Positions 52,912 through 64,000 of a stretch of 64,000 bases of DNA are shown one piece after another; position 1 is the stretch's first letter; each line of letters starts with the position of its first letter. Below the pieces are notes generated by a model. The model had not been told where the DNA came from. It ran no database searches and saw only the letters and a list, made by a program, of their open reading frames with translations. Source of the DNA: Octopus vulgaris (Eukaryota); NCBI GenBank assembly GCA_951406725.2, contig OX597824.1, forward strand, positions 53,072,001-53,136,000, read 5' to 3'. Made by a program: the position numbers and the translations under genes.

Positions 52912-54883
52912 CAACGACAAATCCCTCTGCAAATTTAGGATACATAAAAAATAAAGTAAAATGTACAATTACTCATCAATAATGAATGATATTGATTCAA
53001 GACGACGATGATGAAAATAATGAAGGTAATGACTGCACAGCAAAGATTTAAAGCACTTCAGGTGACGCCTCTTCTTCAGGTGTTTTAGGGGATGTATGTT
53101 CCTGCAAGATTCTCTTTGTGGGTTTGAGAAACATTGTGATGGGAAGTTGCTATCGTTGTTTCTTCATGGTGGTGAGGAGAATTTTATGCTTGCATGGCAG
53201 CATCGATGGTATTTTTAAATTGGAGAGACCGAACCGTATATGGATCCCATGCTTCCGCCATCCCTTGCAATTTCTTTGCTGTCCTTTAAAGATCGGACAG
53301 ACGTTCGATTGTCTGGCCCACCTCATCCTCCTCCTCTTCGCTGGCAGACATAGTTAACTCCAACAAACCTTCGTCTGTCAGCGTTTCAGAGTGGGCATCC
53401 ATGAGATTGTTGACCTCGTCTTGCGTGATGTCGTCAAAACCATCGCCTCCAAGTACCTTTGCCAGTTTTACTGCATTGTTGACAGCCTCGTTCTGAATAT
53501 CTTCAGCTGAGAAGCCCTCGTAGTCCTGGACATGCTCTGGTCTCACCTTCTTCCAGCATGCGATGAGGGTTTCTTTTTTCATGTCTTTAAGAGAAAGGCA
53601 CGTTACGATCGTGAGGTTACGCCAGTACTCCTTTAACTTGAAATTCTCGCCTGAATCCATTGCGTCTACAAGGGGGTCCGAGTGAAAAGTGCTTTGATCC
53701 ATAGGCTGGATGAGGAAGGTGGTGTTAGCAGGGAGGAACTCGACTTGGACTCCCTCGTGATTCAAATCGAAAGAGTGACCACCTTGAATTCCATGCATAC
53801 ATTTTGAAGGTATTCCTTGGCTTGAGGGATGAAGCTATGGTGGAACAAATTCAAAGTTAGACTTTTGGTAATTCAGACCTTGGGCTTGCGCATCCAGTGG
53901 ACAAGCAGAAGGTTTTTATTCTTATTTTTGATGGTCTTCGTCTTCGCTGACTTGTAGATAAGACCTGGTTTTATCATGAATCCAGCAGCATTGCTACACA
54001 TAATTAGCGTCACTCTGTCCTTCTGTGCCTTAAATCCTGAGGCTCTGGCTTCGTCCTTGATGTACGTTCTAGAAGGCATCTTCTTCTAGAACAGGTCTAT
54101 ATTGAAAATCTGTTCCGGCTTGTATCTCTTGTCCTCGATGATCTGCCTGAAGGTCTGAAAGTACTTCTCGGCGGCTTCTTTGTCGGCTGATATTATCTCT
54201 CCATGCCGGGAAACACTTTATTTTAAACCGTTCCTGAAAACGGTCAAACCATCCCTTACTAGCTTGAAAATCTTCGGGCTCCGGTGGTGTCAATGGTCTT
54301 GGTTGCGGTTCTTCGATGCATTCTGCTCCGCTTCCTTTGTCGAACTACTTATAATTTCCGCACTTTCTCGCGGATGTTATCAGTCAAGGGAATGTTTTTC
54401 TTATTGTAGTTACTGATCCACAATACCAAGATAGATTCCATCCTGACCAAGTGCTTATTTCTCACTATCGTTATCGTTTTGGCATTTTCACAGAAATTTG
54501 TTGCTACGGTAGACCTGATCGCTACCTCGTTCTTCTTTACGTAGTGTATAGTGCTTTAATTGACATCATAACAGCGTCTTGCTGCAGCATAACTTTTACC
54601 TTCCTGGAGCATATCCAGCAGTTGTACCTTCTCATGAGACGTCATAACCTTTTTCTGGCGCTTAGATTCACTACCAGAAGCCTTAAAAGGTGTAGAGCAT
54701 TTGGGTGGCATCTTAGGACTTTAATAAGATGCTGCGAAAAATCAGAACACTCAACAAAACACCCAAGATAGCTACTGGATGCAGTTTTTTCCCCAAAACG
54801 TACAAAAATATCTTCTTTGCGTCTAATACACCCAATGTGAGATTGAGCAGAGATGTATGGTTTTGAAAAACTTAGTAATCTAT

Positions 54884-55013
<130 letters not shown>

Positions 55014-55199
55014 CCACACACCGAATAACTGGGACCGCGAATGCCGAACCGCGAATAAGTGGGGGTACACTGTACTTGTATTTTGAGTTTATTTTTCCTG
55101 TTTGCACCAACATACTTATATATACAAATATATATGCGTGGGGGGTGTATCTATATACATACATACATACATACATACATATACATATATATATCTTTA

Positions 55200-55371
55200 G
55201 GCGCAAGAGGGACTGTGTAGTAAGAAGCTTGCGTCCCAACAACATAGTTCTGGGTTCAGTCCCACTGCATGGCACATTGAGAAATTGTCTACTACTAAAG
55301 CCTCCGGCCGACCAAGTCCTTGTGAGTGGATTTGATAGACGGAAAATGAAAGAAGTCCGTCGTATATATAT

Positions 55372-55436
<65 letters not shown>

Positions 55437-55616
55437 TGTGTATTTGTGAGTCTGTGTTTGGCCTCCCACCATCGCATGACAACTGATGTTGGTGTGTTTA
55501 CGTCCCCGTAACTTAGCGGTACGGCGCAAGAGGCCGATAGAATAAGTACCAGGCTTACAAAGAATAAGTCTTAGGGTCGATTTGTTCGACTAAAGGTGGT
55601 GCTCCAGCATGGCTGC
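55200..55616 (+). mobile_element. Near full-length SINE family B with internal (GT)n
   Basis: tRNA-like head GTAGTAAGAAGCTTGC...GGGTTCAGTCCCACTGC, body, (GT)n, tail GTTTACGTCCCCGTAACTTAGCGG...GGTGCTCCAGCATGGC. Confidence 0.88.
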
Positions 55617-56699
55617 ATGCATAGAAGAATATTACACTGGGTTGTTTCCTATATTTGATGTTAACTTGGGTTCAAATACTCAGGGCAGTATCTTCTCATT
55701 CGTAGACAGTTATGTAAGAATCTTTACTGGGATCAATTCAATCCACTGTAAGCTACTTTTATGTCAATGCGTTAACATTTACTTCTGTAGCGGCTTCTGT
55801 ACTAGCAAAGGCTTGTCCTATCACATACACACATATATTATGTTTCTAAGCAACAGAACACAGGAGGCACAGGAGTTGAGACCTTTATATATGATAAAAC
55901 TATTGTAATTCATTATCTGCCTCTTGGTTAAATAAATTTTGTATCTAACTTAGCAGTAAGTAGAAACCCATACAGTCATATAATACAAACTCAAGATACA
56001 ATTGCTTAAAAATTAACATCATAAATCGACCAGTCACGTTGGTAAAATATAGAAGAGTCACTCTCGCCTCATTCAGAGACTTGCGAACCTGCAACAGAAA
56101 TCTTTACTTTTCTCTGTTTTATACTGGAACTAAACTGAAACTAAACATGCACGAGATATGTGTAATAACCGTTTTAATGATTTACTGCAATAAGTTGAAT
56201 TGTATTGCACTAAGCAATTAGAAATTGAATAAACAAATTTTATTTCTCAGATCTACAACTTCTTGCGTCATGAAATGAACTGCAATATTAACTTTGTAAA
56301 TTCTCTAAACTGCCAATTTTTCTGGAAAAAAATTAGCTTTTAATATCATTTGACATTATATTTGAACATTAATGATAATTTTCATTATTTCAGTTTTCTC
56401 AGAGAAAATCTTACAAACCAATTAGAAATGATGGTGTTTGTTTGCGAATTTGACTGGCTGCCTTTACCTTTTGAGAGAGTACCACTAAACTTTCGCACCA
56501 TATTTCAGCAGTTGATAACTTTGATTTTGATCAATGATTTTTATCAATGGTTACTTAAATTTACTTCAAACCACTTTTAAACTTACTGCCTACAAAACAT
56601 TCATCCATCAACCATTCTAAGTTTTAAATTTTCTAGTTTTGTCTTTTTTATCACCCAAGATATTGAAAAAAAAATAGGTTTCAATATGATAGCGATGAG

Positions 56700-59600
56700 G
56701 AGGAAATTCAACTGTGTTTCGTGGTCTGCTACCACAACAGCTCCTTTATGGGATCCAGTTAGCTCAAGACATCATCAGGAGGAACCACGTCCGGTTTCGG
56801 CCCCTACTCCTCTACCGTTTTGACGCGGTGCCCCCCCCCCCTTTCGGAGGTGTCTTCAGCTTCTGGTGTTGGGTGCGTGTCTGCTTTCTTCTGTTCCCTG
56901 GCCTCTTTGATGTATTGTCAGCAAGTGTCAGCTGGTGACTGACTGTCTTGTCAAATTTTTCTCTTTAAATACCTGCCGTATAGGCTCCAGCAGGCATCCC
57001 CAGGAAGTTGTCACGTGACACTGTCTCACCTCAACTGACTAGTGAAGGCGCGTAGTTTTAGCCCGCGCTTTTTCTAAACGACCGTCACCTGTCAGCAGGC
57101 AACCCAGCAAGTTGTCATGTGACACTGTCTCACCTTAATTGACTAGTGAAGGCGCATAGTTTCAGCCCGCGCTTTTTCTAAACGACCGTCACCTGTCAGT
57201 CAGCGAAGCTGCTTCAGTCAGCTTGTTTCACCTAATGATTTTATTTCCCGTCGGCGTGTTTATGATTTTCAAGCTATTTTCGGTCTTCCCGCTTCAGCCA
57301 TATATAGAAGCTGGCTTTTTTTACCACCTCCTGTACTCCCCTTATTAGTTTACGCAGCTCGGGGCTAGAAAAAACAAATCTTCTTTTGAAAAGCGTTGTC
57401 ATTTTCTTTTCAATGAAGCCTCTAGCCCCCACTGCCAGGTGATAATATTCGACATTCCATCCCTGTTCTCTGCATTCTTCGATTAGCTTTTCATACATCT
57501 TCTTTCGTTCCTCTGCATTGCCTATGTTCTCTTCCCAAGATACTGTCAGTTATAGTAAAATTCCCATTCTCCGATCTCTGTTCCATAGAACTAAATCTGG
57601 TCTTTTTGTTGTTTTAATTAGTGGGAAAATTGCTTGTCTTTCCAAGTCCGTGGCCACCTCCCAGTATCCCTTCCATCTTTCGTCCATCTCGTATACTTTA
57701 CTTGTAGGTCTGGTTATATAATCTTTTCCCTCCTTGTGGAAGTATACTTTCCTGCGCTTTTCTACTTTTGGGTACTCTCCCCTATTGTACCTCTCGATCT
57801 TCTCCTTGAGTGCTGCGTTTATGACGCCGAGGACTTGATTATGCCGCCATGTATATCTTTCAAATGCTAGTCTGCAACCTGACAGAACATGTCTAACTGT
57901 CGCTTTCTCTCCGCATCTGCACTCATCGGTTGTTTTTATGTTCCACCGGACTAAGTTCGCCGGTGAGGGTAGAACGGCGAAGTTAAACTTGATCAGGAAG
58001 GATGTTCTTGCTTGTTCCCAAGCCCAAAGTTCCTTCCATGATATTCTGCGGTTGATCACATATTCCTCCCATCTCAGGCACTGACCCTGTTGACTGTATT
58101 GCACCAAATGTACACTTCGCCTTTCTTCTTCCTCCTTTCTCACTTCGTATACCACTGCCTCTTTCATCTCTTTTACACTGCTCTTGCAAAATGGCCTGAA
58201 ATTTTGCGACCCTAGGCCGGTTGTAGCTTCTTGCATCGCTCCGACTATATCTGCGTGCCTTAGTTTTCCGATCGCCCTGTTTACTGCCTCTTCCGCCTTC
58301 CATTTCCTTTCTGTTCGTACCTATGGAGGGTTTTCCCGGATGCTCTGATCTTTTGAATACCTTAGCATCATTACTGTCCTTGCCTTTCCTGCCTTATATT
58401 CTTCGGCGATTGATGTTATTGGTAGTTGCAGCACGGGTTTTCCATATAGTGCAGTTCTATTCAGTGGTTTCAGCAGACCAAGCCATTTTCTGATAAACAC
58501 ACTGCATCTTTGCTCCATCCTTTCTACTATACTCGAGGCTATTTCGTACATTTGCAATGGCCACATTATTCTTGGATACAGCCCAAACTGCAGTATCCAA
58601 CATTTGAATTTTCCCGGCAGCGTTGTTCCGTCAATTGCCTTTAATCCTTGTTCTACTAACTCGTGTGTTTCTTTCCCTTGCTTCTTATCATTTAATAAAT
58701 CCCTATACCATCTGCCGAGACTCTTTACTGGTTGTTCTTTCACCGTTGGTATGTCTTCACTTCCTATCCTGAATTTCACTTCTTCTTGCCTTCCTTTCAC
58801 GAAAGCCACGCTTCGAGATTTTTTGGCTTTGAATTTTATCCTTGCCCATCCTATCAGTTCGTCCAACCGCTCTAACGTTCCCTCTGCTGCTTCTCTACTT
58901 TCCGATAATATAGTTACGTCGTCCATAAAAGCCCTTAGTGATGTCTTTGTAACAGCTTTCTCACAGTTTGTAGATCTAAGTAACATTTCTATGACTAGCA
59001 CGAATAAGATGACTGATATCGTGCATCCGGCTGCAATACCTATTTCAAGCCGTTGCCACTCCTTTGTGAATCTTCCTGCTGTAAATCTCATCCTCAGATT
59101 GTCGTAGTACCACATGAGCATTCGTTGAACATCTTTTGGAATCCAAAAGAAGTCCATCGCTGTTTTTATTATTGCGTGCGGAACAGATCCATAAGCATTG
59201 CAAGATCTAGCCAAACAATATATAGGTTTTTCCTCATTTGTTTTGCACAGGTGATGGCTTCCCAGATGGAAAATGTGTTCTATGCACCCAGGGATTCCGG
59301 GGATTCCTGCTTTTTGAATCGCTTCATTAACGTATCCGTTATGCTGTATGATTCGTCTAGCAATTATTCCGAACAAGATTTTCCCGTCTGTATTTAGTAG
59401 AGAAATCGGTCTAAATTGGCCTAGTGTTTTTGTCTCTTTTTCTATAGGTAGATAGATACCTTCGGCTATACACCATCGCTCCGCTACATCTTTCTTCTTC
59501 CACATTTCTCTTATCAGTACAAACAGCTGCAATCGTAATTTCGGGCAATATTTGTATACTTTGTAGCTGACTCCATCGTTCCCTGGTGCACTTTTCGCTC

Positions 59601-60560
59601 TTGCTTTCCTTATGAACTCATCGATTTCTTTCCGTTTGATGTTGCTCAAATCAAATGGTACTCTTGGTTCAGGTGGTTTCTTCAGTCCCTGCATTTCTGG
59701 GAGTACTTCATTTCTGTCAGAGTCGCTTTCAGATGTTGTTCGAGCTCTTCTTTCGTGCAATCCAATTTTCCACTTTTACTTTCAGTAAATAGATGTTTCG
59801 CATATTGATAGGGATTGTTCACAAAGCTACAATAGTTCTTTTCTCTCTCCTTTCTTCTGCTCCTCCTTCTTTGTTTTCTTAGTAGATCTCGATGCCTCTT
59901 TTTATCTCTTCATACAGCTGCTTTAGCCCTTCTCTTTCCTCCTCCTTCGCATCCCTTCATCTGGTTCTGAGTTTTTTCTTCTCTTCTCGAATCTTTGCGA
60001 TCCGTCTTTCTCTCCTCGATGGTCCGCTCTTTGCCGTTGATTCTACCTTCCCTGTTGTTTCCAGTTCAAATCTTTTCTCTCCTTCCTGGTAGATTGTATT
60101 AGCCAGGTTTTCGAGCTTTTGTTCGTCGTCGCCTTTGAATTTGGTGGTCATTCTTCCTACCTCGTCGTCAAATTTTTTATAACTCGCTGCGTCATTTGCT
60201 TTCGGCCACTTAACCTTTGTCCTCGTCACGCCTATCAGTCTTTTTGACTGTTCCAATTCAACTGTGGAATGAACCTCACTATGGTTATTTTCCGGGGGGT
60301 TCTGGCCACACGTCTTATGGTTTATCAACCCGCGTTGTTGAATTACTTTCTTCTGGCACACCTTCCCTTGGTGGATTCTCAGCCCGATATAACTAGCAAA
60401 CACCTTTCCGTAGCAGCTGAACTCCTATACCGTTTCCTTTCTCATTGTCCATTTCCGGTCCAAGTCCATTTCGTTTTTTTCCGTCCCTATTTGATCTTTT
60501 ATTCTCCCCCCGTGGTCCGGGATCATGGGGGCATGATTTCCCATGTTTTTTGGTTTTTTT
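56700..60560 (-). mobile_element. Near full-length HERO-like (R2-group, restriction-like endonuclease) non-LTR retrotransposon with a frameshifted single ORF
   Basis: N-terminal Zn finger (CYGKVFASYIGLRIHQGKVC); RT (SAPGNDG, FRPISLLN, NAYGSVPH, GIAAGCTISVILF, AFMDD); CRCGEKATVRHVLSGC..YTWRHNQVL; RPDLVLW; LTVSWEEN; VGARGF. Coding span ~60420 to 57274. Confidence 0.92.
56990..57199. repeat. Two ~104-bp tandem copies in the LINE 3' UTR
   Basis: AAGTTGTCA.GTGACACTGTCTCACCT...AAACGACCGTCACCTGTCAG at 57005 and 57109. Confidence 0.9.
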
Positions 60561-63258
60561 AATTGTCTAAATAGTTCTATAACAAAACTTGTTTGTGCTT
60601 AATTACATTACAGGAGGAGGACATTTATTTCTCCCATATAAAAAAAATCCTAAATGAACAACGATGGTTTAATACGATTGTTTCGCTAAAATAAATAGGA
60701 ATTGGTTACTTGCATCAGTATTAGTCTCACAAGTTTGGAATGCTTCTTTAGTTAAATGTATACCTTGCTTCTCTAATGAAAAATCACAATCGGTTTGGAA
60801 CCAGAACATAGTCCATCGGTAGAGAAGTAAATAATTCAACCGGTAATCAATGGAAGGTTTATCCTTGCGTTCGACTTCAGACTAATGGTAATGTGAATAA
60901 ATGTCAAAAACACATCGACATGCACAGCCAAACAAGAAAATGACGATGGATCCTGAATGGAAATATCAGTAGTTTTATGAGCTGCATACTTGGAAGTTAC
61001 ACTTCACCACCCATCTAATCAATGTTGAAGGATCAAACTTCTTCCCACACCTCAACACCTTCAAAATGGTGTAGACCCAGTGAAGAATTAAGGGTTCCAA
61101 TGTGAAACATACATTGAGCTTCCTGTAAATTCTCTTCCAAAAACAAATTGTCAGTCACATAAAAGCAGTATGCTTTCAATTTTGGATTGGTCGGTTGGTA
61201 GAAAAGAAAACCCTGATTCACAAATTCTTCCACTGACTGTTGCTTGACGTCATTAATTGTAAAACAAAATGTAAGTTTTCATGTAAGGTCATCAAAGAGA
61301 ATGTAGATTAAGGCTACTTTGACTTTCAGGTAAATCCGTCTTGAAATATTTCTGAGCGCATTCTGAACGAGAGCAGATTTAATACCAATGCTATAAACAA
61401 GGTTTATAGTTACCATACAAGAGATACAATGTAACTTGGATAAAAATGTGATGTACGCATTTTTGATCACGTGTTGACTTATTTTTATGCTACAGCAACA
61501 AACGAATCAATAAAATTTTGATCAAATTAGAAAATCAATAATTACGAATAAGTAATAATAGACATACAGTTGACTTTGAAAAGCTTCCGTCGCAAGTGTA
61601 CAGCGACAATACTCTGCACTTGGTTCAATAATGATTTTTAATCTTACCAAAGAGGCGTCTCGAAGTGTTTGGGAGCAGGCAAATTCGGTGTATGGCGTTA
61701 ATTTTTATACTTGTGTGAAATAGATCTAAAGCTTTTCTCAGAGAATTATCAACAATACATTTTCTACTTGGAAGCATATACTGCTTTACTGAGCCTTACA
61801 GTCACGTAATTATCTGGTACCTGTCTCCTGGAACAACAGACTCATCCCTGGAAAGTTCCTAGCAAAGAATCAAGTCGGTGTAAGTCCACCCTCAGACTAG
61901 CCCAGATACTTAAGACTATCAGCTGCAAATGGAATCAAATCTCCCTTTTTCCACGCTACCAATGTTGACCAAATGAAAAAGGCAACGGTCAATGTAGCTT
62001 GGTTAAACATTGCCCTTGACTTGTATCTTCTTATCAATCGCGAAGAATGAAAGCCAAAATTGGCATAGGCAGGATTTTAACTGAAAACACCAAGCGCCAT
62101 AACAAATATCACAAATCATTTAATCCGACGCTGTAATATGTAACCCAGTTCACCTCAAAAACATGAACATTAAAAATGCATAAATTAGATGAATACTTCT
62201 AGATTCAAGGAATGTAGTGATGGTCTGCGTCGACAGAGCAATTGTGAGGATGTGTGTTGGGAAATAATTCAATTACAAAGATTTCCAAAATCCTGCAGTG
62301 AATGAAAGTTGGAGACTGTGAAGTGAGTGTAGGTACAACTCCATGAAAGATGAGATACGTGGTACGGTCTTCATTTGCAAAGATTTCTATCGGTGCTTGG
62401 AATCTTTTAAAATTAACGACGGTTGATAAATTTCTATATATGGAGCTATAAGAGAGGCTGTTAGGGGTGAACAAGTATAGCTGATGCGCGGGGTAGAGTA
62501 AATGGAAGTTCTGCACTAAGATATTTCAGTGGCGACTTCTTAATGATTAGCATGCAAAAGTAAGAAAGAAATGAAGGCCTTAAATGATAGAGACAAGATG
62601 TGGACAAGGGGGTAACCTTAGTAAATGAGAGAGTCAAGAAGAGAGTGACAGAGATGTGGTGAGAGGAAGGGCCAAGAGAGACTTAGATGTAAAGACCACA
62701 CTACTTCTCTCACACTGGCTATTTGCGAAACCAATGCCTGTTCTGGTACTGTTGTTCTATATATCACTGGCGGGTAGGTGAATCACTACTATCTCTAGCA
62801 ATCGACAGGACCAAAGAAGGTCGAAATCACGCGATCTGGTGGTCTGGGCCCCGAGGGCGGTGGGGATTTGTCTCCCGCTAACGATATAAACAAAGCCAAT
62901 ATGATAGTTTCTCTCATGATATCTACTGTAGTATAGTTTGTTCCAACAGAACATCCAGGTTTAAGTGGGAATAAATATGACCTCACTTCACAGTCTCCAA
63001 TTTTCATTAACTGCGATGATTTGTCGTCTATTGTTTACCCCTACCATTTTTTTATTATTCCTACTTCCGTCAATCAAATAAGAGAAAGAACTCACTATTG
63101 AAACACAATAATTCAAAACATCAGATTTCTCAGTTCCCCATCGCAACTGAATGGACTGATATCTACAATCTCTTATGGATTTACTGTAACCACTACTTCT
63201 TATATTGCCCCCGCAGATTCTTAGTACTTCCCTTAGATTCAAAATATTACCCCCCCCC

Positions 63259-63293
<35 letters not shown>

Positions 63294-63704
63294 CACACAA
63301 ACAAGCAAACAAGCACACACAAGCACACACGCAAACTCATACACAAACATATATATTCAAGATACATATTTGCATTTACTTGTATGGAAGAGGGACACTT
63401 GCGTGTTGTTTTCTGTTAAATCTACTTATTCTATATTTTGAGACACTTCAGAATAAATTAATTGGGATGACTAACTGCTTTGACCAATTTTCAAATGACA
63501 AAATCAAGGAGTGTTCTCCGTTTCGCTGTAACCATAATATACCCATATGTGTACGTGTTTGCCTATATATATATGTATGTATGTATCTATGGATGGGTAT
63601 ATATTCATTCTATATGTGTGCTTGTGTGCGTGTGTGTGTGTGAAAGTGCACATACACATATGCATGTGTATATATTAATGTAATTATATATTGTGTCTTT
63701 CTAT

Positions 63705-63900
63705 TTGTCCGCTCCACCGCTTGACAATATGTGTTGGTTTATTTATATCCCCGTAACTTAGCGATTCATTGAAAATGTCCTATAGATTAAGTATTAGATA
63801 TAATAAATACAGGAGATTGATTTATTTGATGAAACCCTTACAGGTGTTGTCCCAGCATGGCCGCAGTCCAATGACTGAAAGAAGTAAATGATAAAAGATG
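63705..63900 (+). mobile_element. SINE family B, 3' part
   Basis: CCCCGTAACTTAGCG...CCAGCATGGCCGCAGTCCAATGACTGAAA..AGTAAA. Confidence 0.8.
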
Positions 63901-64000
63901 TGTGTGGAGGTTGTTGTCTTTGTTGTTGTTGTTGTTGTGTGTGTGTGTGAGCACATATACATGCGAGTGTGTGTGATAGAGATCTTTCTTGTGAAATGAT

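Noticed and set aside
56710-56805. Hammerhead-like CTGATGA and GAAAC motifs at the 3' end of the HERO-like LINE (minus strand)
   Set aside because: I could not build convincing stems I and II in either permutation.
60700-63060. Coding-like stretches and a ~40-bp inverted match (62290-62330 versus 62983-63022)
   Set aside because: No motif I can assign; probably old TE debris, and too weak to call.

Overview
AT-rich, microsatellite-dense eukaryotic DNA with no host protein-coding exon I can support. The SINE families and repeat landscape look like an octopus (coleoid cephalopod) genome; this is inference from recall, not a database match. The window is mostly decayed mobile elements: Penelope-like RT and pLTR fragments, two R4/Dong-type LINE remnants, RTE fragments, a near full-length HERO-like LINE (restriction-like endonuclease type), a rearranged Gypsy element with a probable 3' LTR, Tc1, mariner/maT, Tigger, piggyBac and hAT remnants, Helitron-like pieces and many tRNA-derived SINEs. 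The standout is a very young tandem array at 47047-48768: 4 x 404 bp plus 106 bp, embedded in (TA)n. Every full monomer carries an intact minimal type I hammerhead ribozyme on the minus strand, which is the architecture of a non-LTR retrozyme (circular-RNA retroelement). Several degenerate hammerheads occur elsewhere, and there is a foldback element carrying a telomere-like TTAGGG tract. Most ORFs in the supplied track are microsatellite artefacts.
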